Shown: piece by piece, positions 1 through 8,988 of the stretch | Numbering within the stretch: the stretch's first letter is position 1 | Layout of the letters: each line of letters starts with the position of its first letter | NCBI GenBank assembly: GCA_964510585.1 | Contig: CAZECW010000060.1 | Span: 30,001-62,000, forward strand | Source: an uncultured archaeon | GTDB lineage: Archaea > Asgardarchaeota > Jordiarchaeia > Jordiarchaeales > Jordiarchaeaceae | Length of the DNA stretch: 32,000 nucleotides | Direction: 5' to 3' | The notes under the pieces: model-generated | What the model saw: the letters and a program-made list of their open reading frames with translations, nothing else | Told to the model about the DNA's origin: nothing | Database searches by the model: none | Program-made: the position numbers and the translations under genes

Positions 1-2
1 CC

Positions 3-350
3 ACCGGAGGAAGACTAAAGGCGTTCAGCAAAAAGAAGAAAAGAGACCTTGGAGGAGAAGAAGCAAGACCCCAACTGGGCCCAGAGAAAAAGAAAATTAT
101 TAGAGCTAGAGGTAACAACAGAAAAATCAAGTTGGCCTTCAGCGAATACGCAAATGTAACCAACCCAAAAACTGGGAAGACCAAAAAAGTAAAAATACTT
201 AATGTGGAAGAAAACCCAGCTAACATAGATTTCTCAAGAAGAGGAGTGATAACACGCGGGGCAATAATTGATACAGAGTTGGGAAAAGCAAGAGTGACAA
301 GCAGACCAGGACAGGTAGGAGTGATTAACGCGGTTCTAATTAAATCCTAA
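3..350 (+). CDS. rps8e: 30S ribosomal protein S8e, 5'-truncated by the window edge
   Basis: Frame is open from base 3 ([17 protein letters not shown]...[11 protein letters not shown]) into the ORF-track segment. C-terminal motifs [42 protein letters not shown] are typical of S8e. Confidence 0.97.
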   Translation, partial: TGGRLKAFSKKKKRDLGGEEARPQLGPEKKKIIRARGNNRKIKLAFSEYANVTNPKTGKTKKVKILNVEENPANIDFSRRGVITRGAIIDTELGKARVTSRPGQVGVINAVLIKS

Positions 351-410
351 AAGTAGCGCCAGAATTTCTGTTATGATGTTTTTATTCGCTACTCCATAAT
401 TTTTAACATT

Positions 411-812
411 CTATGGGCTTTCTTCGCTAACTTCTGCCTTAATATTCTTTATATTTAATTCCCTGCCACCTATTATGTCCGTGTTGTTGCTGTTGCACAT
501 TGGACATCTGGCGGTGAAACCCACCAGCGGAAGAAGGTGTGCCTTTTTTTGGTCTTCCTCTGAAACTGCGTCTCCGGAATACCCACAATCTTGACAGTGA
601 AGTTTTCCCGGGACAATTTTAATGTTTAATTTAGATTCACTGAGGGGCGTCTTTTCAGCTGCAATCTGAAACAGAAAAAGTAACTGCTCAGGATTAATAA
701 AGGTGAATTGACCTATCTCAACATTAATTTCTAAAATTTTTCTCACGTTGTTCGCTTCTGCTACTCGGGTCACTGTCTCTACGATGGAAACAGCTGTGGA
801 TAATTCATGCAA
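411..812 (-). CDS. hypA: Hydrogenase maturation nickel metallochaperone HypA/HybF
   Basis: N-terminal (M)HELS Ni motif with probable TTG start at 812 (ORF track starts at 824). Two Zn CxxC motifs (CQDC, CPMC) and C-terminal GGRELNIKNI. Confidence 0.93.
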   Translation of the reverse strand: MHELSTAVSIVETVTRVAEANNVRKILEINVEIGQFTFINPEQLLFLFQIAAEKTPLSESKLNIKIVPGKLHCQDCGYSGDAVSEEDQKKAHLLPLVGFTARCPMCNSNNTDIIGGRELNIKNIKAEVSEESP

Positions 813-927
813 GGATAACACCACAGAACCAAGGAATCAGCAAACTTAAAAACATTATCAGGCATATATACGACATAAACCACTTCAAATCGAGATAAAT
901 CTTCTGACAGTTGCGCAGGTGGCATAG

Positions 928-1236
928 ATGAAGAGAAAAGACAAGATAATACTTTATCCAGAGTATTTTGATTCAAGACTAACCAGAGCCAGCGGCCGCA
1001 GAGTGCCTCTAAACATTTCTGTACCAGCGCCCAGTATAGAGGAGCTGGCCCTAATTTCGAAAAGATTGGGTTACGAATTTGAAATAGAACCTCAATCAGC
1101 TCACCCCAGTAACTGGTGGAATAAACGCGGGAGAATTTTGATTAATAAAGATGACCTGAAAAAAAATGAAGTGGTAAAGACCATAGCCAGAATTCTTAGT
1201 AAAGCGAGAAAAAGAAAAAAGGAAAGAACCCAATAG
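928..1236 (+). CDS. srp19: Signal recognition particle protein SRP19/Sec65
   Basis: ILYPEYFDSRLTRASGRRVP, P..EEL and HPSNWWNKRGRILI motifs. Conserved position near rps8e and gar1. Confidence 0.95.
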   Translation: MKRKDKIILYPEYFDSRLTRASGRRVPLNISVPAPSIEELALISKRLGYEFEIEPQSAHPSNWWNKRGRILINKDDLKKNEVVKTIARILSKARKRKKERTQ

Positions 1237-1321
1237 AAGTGCCCCTTCCATTCTTTATGTTTTTTGGCAAGTTTATGATCTATTAACTGAAGCCTGTATA
1301 CAGACTCAAGGAGGATAATAA

Positions 1322-1588
1322 TTGAGACGACTTGGAAAACCCCTACACATAACCCCACGTGGCAACGCGATAATACAAGTAAATTTTGCTCCCAGAATTG
1401 GGTCTAAGGTAGTGACTAAAGAAATGAAGGAAGTAGGTCAAGTTTTTGACGTTTTTGGACCTGTAAAATCACCCTACGTATCCGTTAAGCTTAACGTTGA
1501 ACCTAGCTCTGCCGAAAATCTGGTCAACGAGGTCCTATACGAAATCATAAATAGTAAAAAAGAGAAGCGCCCGAAAAAAAGAAAATGA
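1322..1588 (+). CDS. gar1: H/ACA RNP subunit Gar1/Naf1 family
   Basis: MRRLGKPLHI...PRIGSKV...VGQVFDVFGPVKSPYVSVK matches the archaeal Gar1 pattern. Confidence 0.93.
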   Translation: MRRLGKPLHITPRGNAIIQVNFAPRIGSKVVTKEMKEVGQVFDVFGPVKSPYVSVKLNVEPSSAENLVNEVLYEIINSKKEKRPKKRK

Positions 1589-1869
1589 ACCATCATTTAA
1601 GGCAACTGGACGATTTAGATGGTGCAACCGAGAAGCAAAAGGAGAGATGAGTAATACCTTTTATTATCTCAAATACAATGGTAGTGCGTTATCAAAGGAT
1701 TGTGAGGAAATCGATCTCTAATTATCACAAACTGGAAAACTCATAAGTCGTTATTTCACCTAGGAAACATATGTTGGAAGGAGCGTAAGGAAAACTGTAA
1801 GTTAATATTTGCTATTTATTCAACTATTTTAGACGCTTAATATTTGGATGGAGACTCTATAAGTTACAT

Positions 1870-2139
1870 TTAAACGTGTCTTAGTGCGGATTTGAGAGCT
1901 TCGATAGATTTTTGCAAGTGTTCCGCAGCCTCATTCAGATGCTCAGCGACCTCACTTGTACCACTCTCTTCAAGTATTCGGGCATACTCTATTATCTTCT
2001 CTAAATGGCCTGTATTGTGTTCTATCCAGTGGGAAATTAGAGCCTTCAAGCGTTGAGTTCCAAGTTTTTCATGTTGATTTTCGTGCTCATTCTCATGTTG
2101 ATGGTTGCCGTGTTCATTTTTATGTTTCATTCCCTTCAC
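1870..2139 (-). CDS. Small His-rich helical protein, putative metal (Ni/Co)-binding
   Basis: His/Glu/Asn-rich quasi-repeat N-terminus (HKNEHGNHQHENEHENQHE) followed by L..HWIEHN..H, a pattern I recall from small proteins near metal-uptake genes. SD-like GGGGA/AGGTGA lies upstream. Confidence 0.7.
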   Translation of the reverse strand: MKGMKHKNEHGNHQHENEHENQHEKLGTQRLKALISHWIEHNTGHLEKIIEYARILEESGTSEVAEHLNEAAEHLQKSIEALKSALRHV

Positions 2140-2286
2140 CTAGTAAAATCAAATTTATTTTGGGATTGCTGTCAACCCCATTAAGAACTATTTTCCAATA
2201 AAACCTAATAGTCTTCCCTTTTTTTTACAAAATACCAAGAGTCACCCACTAGCCAACATATGCGTTGATGCATTTCTAAGGAGAAT

Positions 2287-2307
2287 CATATTTTGTGGCA
2301 AAATATG
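2287..2307. promoter_or_regulatory. Perfect 9-3-9 inverted repeat (CATATTTTG-TGG-CAAAATATG), operator or terminator
   Basis: Read directly. It lies between the trm1 stop and the His-rich gene start. Confidence 0.4.
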
Positions 2308-2400
2308 GGCGCATTTGTTTACACTTTGAGTGTAGGATATTTTAATTTTACTGAGCTTCCCTGATTGCACTTAATATTTCAGAAATGGGCGCATTTGTTT
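2305..2400. repeat. 16-bp direct repeat ATGGGCGCATTTGTTT at 2305-2320 and 2385-2400
   Basis: Exact copies 80 bp apart, one inside the trm1 3' end and one downstream of its stop. Confidence 0.85.
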
Positions 2401-3532
2401 TTAGTGCATTGTTTTTAAAATGGGTGTGTGTTACCAAATAGCCGCGCTCCCTTAGCTTAATCATAACTTTGTCCAACCTAGGGCAGGGAAGATTGAGCTG
2501 GTCGCATATGTAATGTAAATCATAGTAGGTAGCGGGTGCGTCTGACTCCTCAAGAATTGTGCTGAGAAGTTTTATGGATTTTTTATCTCCATTTTTTTTA
2601 GCATTTTCCAGAGTTTGAGACACAAATTCTCGAGATTGTATTTTACCGCACCATAAAGGACCTCCGATTAAGACGCCGCTCCCGCAAAGTGGACATGTAC
2701 CAGTTAATGTGCTGGCTATACCCGGTTTTAGTTGACGGAAGTGGCAACTCGGACAGTGAATAAGGTAGCCTACCTGCTCAACTGACTCATTTGTACTCTC
2801 CGCTCCAGCACTAGTTTTTAGGTAAGTGCGAATATAGTGATCGGTAGAGTGAGAGAGAAGAGGTGTCAGAGCTATTTCCCTTTTTGCTGCGGTCAGAACA
2901 GCGCAGGAAATAAGCAATCTTACTGCAACTTCGTGGCAGTACATTGTTCTTAGTGGAACCCCACCATACTTCCTTAAACAGGCATCTCTGTGTACACCAC
3001 ACAGGGGAGCCATATCAGTGGCAGTTAAACACAGCAAACCCTCATTTTTACGTAGTGCACTTAAAGCGGAGTCTAGAAAGGCAACCGGAGAACCGAATGG
3101 ATCAATGTCAATGACATCGAATCTTTTACCATAAGCAGCATTTTCTGAGAGGAGAAGATTGGCGTCCTTATTGAAGACCTGTATTTTACCCTGTAAATTA
3201 TGCATCTCCACATTTCTTTTAGCAACACTGAAGGCTTCAGGGCTGAGGTCATTAATTACTATTTCATCTACCCTCTCAACCTCTAAGGCAAAGCGAATAC
3301 CGCGGATCCCACATCCAGTCAAAGGCTCACAGATTTTCAAATTTCTTCCCGTTGACTGTTGGTGCGCCCTCACCGCATACACTGCAATATCACGATTCAG
3401 CTTCATAGTAGGATTGTAAAAAACTGGCACTTTGGGTAAGGGAAGCCCAGCTCCAAGCTTTTCAATGGGGGGACTATATGTGTAGAAGTCTACTTTGCCC
3501 TCGTGGTGAATAGTTATTCGGTAATTTTCCAA
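2348..3532 (-). CDS. trm1: tRNA (guanine-26-N2)-dimethyltransferase Trm1
   Basis: VFYNPTMKLNRD, EPLTGCGIRGIR, DIDPFGSP, TATDMAPLCG and H..STDHYIR motifs, with CxxC Zn-finger pairs (CPSC, CPLC). Confidence 0.97.
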   Translation of the reverse strand: MENYRITIHHEGKVDFYTYSPPIEKLGAGLPLPKVPVFYNPTMKLNRDIAVYAVRAHQQSTGRNLKICEPLTGCGIRGIRFALEVERVDEIVINDLSPEAFSVAKRNVEMHNLQGKIQVFNKDANLLLSENAAYGKRFDVIDIDPFGSPVAFLDSALSALRKNEGLLCLTATDMAPLCGVHRDACLRKYGGVPLRTMYCHEVAVRLLISCAVLTAAKREIALTPLLSHSTDHYIRTYLKTSAGAESTNESVEQVGYLIHCPSCHFRQLKPGIASTLTGTCPLCGSGVLIGGPLWCGKIQSREFVSQTLENAKKNGDKKSIKLLSTILEESDAPATYYDLHYICDQLNLPCPRLDKVMIKLRERGYLVTHTHFKNNALKTNAPISEILSAIREAQ

Positions 3533-3630
3533 CTTGAATAACCACCTTAATCAGACCATATGATTTAAATGAGGGGTAATTAACTTTCTCATAGAGATTT
3601 TCGACGATGAAATATTGGAGAGAGCCTTCT

Positions 3631-4290
3631 ATGTTTATTGCTGGAGTGGACGAGGCTGGCCGGGGACCGGTCATAGGCCCCATTGTCTGCGCAGGAGTTT
3701 TAGTCAGGGAGGAGGATATTTCGGAATTGGTCAAATTGGGAGTGAGGGATTCGAAGCTCCTTCAACCTTCTAAGAGGGAAGCTCTAGCACTTGACATACT
3801 TAAATATGCAGTAAAAGTGGCAGTTAAAATAATGTATCCCGAAGAAATTGACGCCGCTAGAACCAATGGTTTAAACCTGAATAAGCTTGAGGCCCAAATT
3901 TTTGCCGAAATAATAAATCAGCTTAAGCCAGATGTTACGTACGTCGACGCTGCCGATGTTAACCCAGAAAGGTTCTCTCAAATGATTAAAAATAGTCTTA
4001 TAGTAGACACCAAATTAGTTTCCCAGCATAAGGCTGATTTTAAAATTCCAGTAGTGAGTGCTGCCTCAATTATAGCCAAAGTGGAACGCGATAAAAAAAT
4101 AAGGGAGTTGAAAAAGTTTGGTGATGTTGGATCAGGGTATTGCCACGATCCCAAAACGATCTCCTTTTTAAAGGAGTGGGCCAGAGAACACGGCGAACTT
4201 CCCAGTTTCGTTAGGCATTCCTGGATTACAGCAAAAAATATTTTGGATGAACTGAAGCAGAAAGTTTTGGATGATTTTAAAAGCAGATAG
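3631..4290 (+). CDS. rnhB: Ribonuclease HII
   Basis: AGVDEAGRGPVIGP, GVRDSK, VDAAD, HKAD...VVSAASIIAKVERD and GSGY..DP motifs. Likely start is the ATG at 3631 (ORF track starts at 3607). Confidence 0.96.
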   Translation: MFIAGVDEAGRGPVIGPIVCAGVLVREEDISELVKLGVRDSKLLQPSKREALALDILKYAVKVAVKIMYPEEIDAARTNGLNLNKLEAQIFAEIINQLKPDVTYVDAADVNPERFSQMIKNSLIVDTKLVSQHKADFKIPVVSAASIIAKVERDKKIRELKKFGDVGSGYCHDPKTISFLKEWAREHGELPSFVRHSWITAKNILDELKQKVLDDFKSR

Positions 4291-4291
4291 T

Positions 4292-5269
4292 TTAGTTTTT
4301 AATACTTTTGAGCCCCTGCCTCTCATATATCAATTTAAAGAGGTCTTCCGGCTCCTCGATTGCTTGCAGTTCTTCTTTTGGTATTACCGGGACCTCGGTT
4401 GAAATGTTTTTAATCTTGTTGTCATCGAGAACAAACATCGCATATTTTTGCGCAACCTGTGAGACCTTCTCTATTGAAATTATTCTCTGCTCAATTCTTT
4501 TTTCCTGAGCATAGCCTAAACCGGTGATTACCACTTTTTTCTGGTCTTTTTGATCTGCGGTTAGGGCGTCAAATGGGGCTTTCCTAGCGAAGACCACTTT
4601 TAGTCCTAGCTCGCGAAGAGTTTGGCGGACTTCTTCTTCTAATTCGTCTTCGGCTTCTTGTTCCGGTATTTCCTCTTCTTCAGTTAACCATGAAACAATG
4701 TTAAAGGGAACCGCCAATGGAACATTTAGCACTTCCTCAAGCCTTATGGCGGTTTCCAGAGTGGAATCCATACCCCCTCTCTCATACTCATATATTGTTC
4801 TTCTAGAAACTCTGACACTGTTTGCCAATTCTCCGAAAGACATTTCCTTTTTTTCTCTGGCCCTTTTTAGAGACTCCCCGTCTATTTTTACGTATAATCC
4901 TCCTCTTTTGGCAAACACTATGGGGAAGATGTTCTTTTCGATAAACCTTTCAAAGGATTCAATATTAATAGCGGGTAAACCGTGACGCTCATATAAAAAC
5001 CAGTCCTGCACCGGCTCCTTTCTCGTTCTTTCTCCAATAATTATTGGGGAGGCGGAAAGCATTTTGGAAAGAATTTTTAGTTCTCTACCAGCGTCTTCTT
5101 TAAACGCATCGATATTTTCATGCACTTTTAAAAGAAGTAAACTTTCTCCTCTACGGGCCACTATATCGAAACAACTGGGTCGAAGATCCGTGTTTACTGT
5201 AACCCGGTAGCCCGCTCTCCACAAAATATTTTTAATATCCTGTATTATTTCTCGACGCTCAGGCGTCAA
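4292..5269 (-). CDS. Archaeal XRE/Cro-type HTH transcriptional regulator (COG1395-like)
   Basis: N-terminal SCFDIVARR..LLLLKV..NID domain, GGLYVKIDG, and central HTH MSFGELANSVRVSRRTIYEYERG. Confidence 0.88.
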   Translation of the reverse strand: MTPERREIIQDIKNILWRAGYRVTVNTDLRPSCFDIVARRGESLLLLKVHENIDAFKEDAGRELKILSKMLSASPIIIGERTRKEPVQDWFLYERHGLPAINIESFERFIEKNIFPIVFAKRGGLYVKIDGESLKRAREKKEMSFGELANSVRVSRRTIYEYERGGMDSTLETAIRLEEVLNVPLAVPFNIVSWLTEEEEIPEQEAEDELEEEVRQTLRELGLKVVFARKAPFDALTADQKDQKKVVITGLGYAQEKRIEQRIISIEKVSQVAQKYAMFVLDDNKIKNISTEVPVIPKEELQAIEEPEDLFKLIYERQGLKSIKN

Positions 5270-5452
5270 ATCGGTTACCTCAAATTCAAAGCATTTGAGT
5301 GCACTGATTGCTATATATATTAACTATTTTAATGATTTATTGTTATTTTACGGAAAGAAAGCATAGATATAAAAAACTTCCGTATAACAGATATTAAGGC
5401 GTGAATCTGGGAAGGTGAAGCTTAGTTCAAATTCGAGAAAAATGCTGTCCGT

Positions 5453-5956
5453 TTAAATTATTCCTTCTCTTAAGTCGGAATTCCTGAGGTTGATTTTAGT
5501 GGTTGCAAAGCCTATAGTGGTAAGCGACCTTATTTTTTTCCTTACTTCAAGCACCTGATGACGGTAAATGTAAGGAAGAAAACTGTGTTCCTCCATTGAG
5601 AAAGGGTTCTTCTCACCTAACAGTTTCATTACCACAGCCTGTTCTATTTTGCCCCCACCGATACTGAAAACACCCTCACCCATATCTATTCTCCTGATAA
5701 AGACTATGGGAAGTTGAATTCTTCCATGAAATTCCTTGGGAACTATGCTGGCTAAGAACTCCAGTTCTTTCCTCTCAAAGGGAATTCTATCCCCATTAAG
5801 AGTTATCACGTGGGGGTCCTTGGATTCCAAAAGCGTCTCCAACGTCTTATAATTTCGGGGTAGGTGGTCATTTATCTTGTCAATTTCACTTTTCCATATC
5901 TTTGCAAGAATGTCTAGTTTCATGGAAATCGCGACCCACAGCTGCGAATCTTCCAA
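5453..5956 (-). CDS. DUF61 (UPF0216) family protein
   Basis: INDHLPRNYKTL..LLE..DPHV...G...F...ELE.L and LPI pattern. Typical neighbour of fibrillarin. Confidence 0.8.
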   Translation of the reverse strand: MEDSQLWVAISMKLDILAKIWKSEIDKINDHLPRNYKTLETLLESKDPHVITLNGDRIPFERKELEFLASIVPKEFHGRIQLPIVFIRRIDMGEGVFSIGGGKIEQAVVMKLLGEKNPFSMEEHSFLPYIYRHQVLEVRKKIRSLTTIGFATTKINLRNSDLREGII

Positions 5957-5994
5957 TTATAATACTAAGCTTCCTTTTTCAACATTGGGGAAGG

Positions 5995-6690
5995 TTATTT
6001 GAATTTTGCTAGCACCATGGCATGAGCCTTATCGAAGGGTTCTAGATTGATAACCTGCAGTATCTCAAACCCTCTTTCCCTAAGAACATTAGTTTCCTCC
6101 TTAAAAACTATGTCGGGTTCTTTTGTCACATCTATGCTTTGCGCCTTTATGGCTAACAAAGTATAGCCGCCACTCTTAAGAAACATTTCAGAGTTATCCG
6201 CAAGAAGCCTGGCTTGCTCGGGTTGAGCAACATCACTATAAATGTTGTCAACCTGTTCAACCAGCATCCTGTACTTTTCTGGAAATCTGGCATCTGCGAG
6301 TATGGGAATCATGTTCCTCCTCTTTTCACACACTCTAACCAATTCTCTCATTACGCGAGGTGAAAACTCTACGCAGAATACGAGTCCATCTTTTCCCACT
6401 ATGTCTGCTACGTGGCTAGCGGTGGTTCCAGAAGCTGAACCCAGATATAATACTTTGTCGCCTTCTTTTATGGGAACCGTTTCAATTCCCTTGAGTATGG
6501 AGGCTGCCAATTTGCTTCGATAGGGCTCCCATAAACGATACTCTCTTCCCTCATAGGTAATTAGTTTCTCGCCGTAAACTTGGAATCCCGGTGAAATGTT
6601 TCGCGTTGCAAGGCGTTTCACGCCATCGTCACCTTCAACCAGAAATACGCCTTTGAATCTGTTGTGAGGTTCTACAATCAATTTATCCAC
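5995..6690 (-). CDS. flpA: Fibrillarin-like rRNA/tRNA 2'-O-methyltransferase
   Basis: VYGEK, YRLWEPYRSKLAA, VLYLGSASGTTASHVADIVG, VEFSPR, DVAQPEQA and LEPFDKAHA motifs. Confidence 0.98.
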   Translation of the reverse strand: MDKLIVEPHNRFKGVFLVEGDDGVKRLATRNISPGFQVYGEKLITYEGREYRLWEPYRSKLAASILKGIETVPIKEGDKVLYLGSASGTTASHVADIVGKDGLVFCVEFSPRVMRELVRVCEKRRNMIPILADARFPEKYRMLVEQVDNIYSDVAQPEQARLLADNSEMFLKSGGYTLLAIKAQSIDVTKEPDIVFKEETNVLRERGFEILQVINLEPFDKAHAMVLAKFK

Positions 6691-6696
6691 CTTACA

Positions 6697-7938
6697 CTAT
6701 TTTTCTTTTTTACGTCTTATCTTACTGCCGCCTGCCCTACCCCTTCTTTTGACGGGGGATGTGGTTTTTTTGGGTTTGTGTGGCGGAGGTTTAGGATACT
6801 TGGCTTTTATCTGTGTGATTCTTCGTTTAATATCCTCTTTTAATTCTTCTGCGACATATTCTCCTGTGAAGGCATCGATTCGTGCGGCAATTGCGAGTTT
6901 TCCAGCATAAACTCTGGCAATTTTGCCTCTCTGCCACCAAGGAGCTGTGTTAATTTCTGCATGTCGGAAGATTACTCCATGTTTTGGTGGCGGTGCACCA
7001 GTCCTTTTGCTACGGAAAAGGGCTTTTTCGGCACCTAGGATTTGGGTTATGCTTGAGGGCAACCGGGCTAGCTCATTAATACCTCCCGCCAAACTTATTA
7101 GTCGAGCGCCCAGAAGGGGACCGATTATGCCGTTAACATTTGGTGCCACTTCTTTCATCATTTCAGATATATACCTCTCAACCTCCCTCCTCAATTCGAA
7201 TAGTCTATAAGTTTCCTTTGCGATTTCTCTCAGAATTTCCATATCATCCTCTGAAATTTCGGCTCCCATTGATTTACGGGCTTCGCCCATAATTTTTGAA
7301 ACTGTTTCATCGGGGAGTCTCTGTAAATTCTTTAATTTTTCAGCGGTGAAATTCGACCTGAGTCCTAGTTCGCCCACTATTTGCACAAAGGCTTGATGGC
7401 TGGATACAATTTTGTCCAATTCCGGAAAGTGAAGACTATACCATTCCCTCACACGGGTGGAGAATAGGTTTAGAGTGTTGTCAATGTCGTCAAGTGAGAA
7501 CACCGCTTGTACTATCATTTTGTCCCGCTTTTCTCCCTCCTCCTTAATCTTAATCCGAGTTAATTGGGTGTTAATTTCCCAAAGAAGCTCATTAAACTCT
7601 GATTCGGATAACCCGCTTCTCACTCTATTAACATAATCTCGCAGTGCCATTCTGAATTTTTTCGCAACACCGGAGGGCTTCTCAATTTCAACCTTCACAT
7701 ACATTTTATCCCTGAGATTTCTAGCGAGTAGATCATCCTCTAAAACGAAGGTTACATCCTGACCCTTGAACTTGTCGACTAGATTTAATAGCTCCTCAAC
7801 CACCCCTCCTTCCTGCAATTGAATGATTTTCTCTACTGCACTTGAAACGTTTTCAGGCCACAAGGAGGAGGCTAATAGGTTTCCGTCCTGATCCAGTGCA
7901 AAAACACCAAACGTACTTTCTGTTAAGTAGACTCTCAT
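6697..7938 (-). CDS. nop5: C/D box RNP core protein Nop5 (Nop56/58)
   Basis: RVREWYSLHFPEL, APN...GPLLGARLISLAGG, QILGAEKALFR and PPKHGVIF..P..RGKIAR motifs with a basic tail. Directly upstream of flpA. Confidence 0.97.
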   Translation of the reverse strand: MRVYLTESTFGVFALDQDGNLLASSLWPENVSSAVEKIIQLQEGGVVEELLNLVDKFKGQDVTFVLEDDLLARNLRDKMYVKVEIEKPSGVAKKFRMALRDYVNRVRSGLSESEFNELLWEINTQLTRIKIKEEGEKRDKMIVQAVFSLDDIDNTLNLFSTRVREWYSLHFPELDKIVSSHQAFVQIVGELGLRSNFTAEKLKNLQRLPDETVSKIMGEARKSMGAEISEDDMEILREIAKETYRLFELRREVERYISEMMKEVAPNVNGIIGPLLGARLISLAGGINELARLPSSITQILGAEKALFRSKRTGAPPPKHGVIFRHAEINTAPWWQRGKIARVYAGKLAIAARIDAFTGEYVAEELKEDIKRRITQIKAKYPKPPPHKPKKTTSPVKRRGRAGGSKIRRKKEK

Positions 7939-8077
7939 TGTTATCCCATCCGCACCATTGAAATCCTTTTAACCCATAAAGACCATTTTTTCCGTGAACA
8001 TAGTAAATTTAAACGTTAAGTGAAATTTAGATTGCTTCCTTAAGAATATTGTTGAAACTAGGGCCGGAGGTCTAAAA

Positions 8078-8986
8078 TTGGCCAATATTTCAGTTAGCTT
8101 ATCTAACCTTAAACTGCGCAATCCAACCATGCTTGCATCCGGAATAATAGGAGTATCAGGGAAGCTTCTCTTAAGAGCGGCAAATGAGGGAGCTGGGGCC
8201 GTCGTCACCAAATCCGTCGGTCCGGAGCCCAGAAAAGGCTACGAAAACCCTTGTCTAGCAGAGGTTTCCAAAAACAATTATCTAAACGCAATGGGATTAC
8301 CCAATCCCGGCGTGAAGTTTTTTGCAGAAGAACTTAAAATAGCAAAAAGGGGAGGCGTTCCAGTTATTGCAAGTGTATTCGGAGGCACACCCTCAGAATT
8401 TTCATATGTTGCTTCCCTAATGGAGAAAGCTGGGGCGGATGCCGTTGAACTTAATGTTTCTTGCCCTCACAGCGAGGTTGCTACAATAGGCCAAAGCTGT
8501 GAGCTTGTAAGTGCAACAGTTAAAGAGGTTAGAAAAAAGGTAAAGATTCCCATTCTGGTTAAGTTGAACCCCAACGTGACAGACATTGTAGAAATAGCTG
8601 TCGAGGCAGAGAAAGCCGGAGCAGACATACTCACCGCAATAAATACTGTGAGGGCTATGGCTATAGATATAAATACCTGTAAACCAGTTTTGGCTAATCG
8701 AGTCGGTGGATTATCCGGCGAAGCATTAAGACCTATTGCGGTGCGATGCATCTATGAAATATATGAGCATGTAAAAATTCCCATAGTGGGAGTAGGGGGC
8801 ATTTTTCACTGGAGCCACGCCATAGAACATATTTTAGCAGGTGCAACAGCAGTTCAAATTGGTACCGCAATGGTAAACGGATTTCAAATTTTCCGCGAGA
8901 TATCACACGGCATCAAAAGATATCTTGAGAAAAAGGGATACAAAGACATTAAGGAAATAGTGGGCATCGCACACAAGGAGGGCTGA
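8078..8986 (+). CDS. pyrD: Dihydroorotate dehydrogenase class 1B, catalytic subunit
   Basis: LASG..G, VTKS, NAMGLPNPG, ELNVSCPH, VKLNPNV, INT and GGLSG..RP motifs. Confidence 0.97.
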   Translation: MANISVSLSNLKLRNPTMLASGIIGVSGKLLLRAANEGAGAVVTKSVGPEPRKGYENPCLAEVSKNNYLNAMGLPNPGVKFFAEELKIAKRGGVPVIASVFGGTPSEFSYVASLMEKAGADAVELNVSCPHSEVATIGQSCELVSATVKEVRKKVKIPILVKLNPNVTDIVEIAVEAEKAGADILTAINTVRAMAIDINTCKPVLANRVGGLSGEALRPIAVRCIYEIYEHVKIPIVGVGGIFHWSHAIEHILAGATAVQIGTAMVNGFQIFREISHGIKRYLEKKGYKDIKEIVGIAHKEG

Positions 8987-8988
8987 AA

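Noticed and set aside
825-927. Possible SRP (7S) RNA or other ncRNA near srp19
   Set aside because: The spacer is about 100 bp and AT-rich, far too short and lacking the GC-rich helices of archaeal SRP RNA.
1802-1846. 10-bp direct repeat TTAATATTTG (1802-1811, 1837-1846)
   Set aside because: Low-complexity AT-rich sequence, compatible with chance.
5270-8077. C/D box sRNA near fibrillarin/nop5
   Set aside because: I found no RUGAUGA...CUGA pair in the spacers by eye. A snoscan-type search would be needed to exclude degenerate ones.
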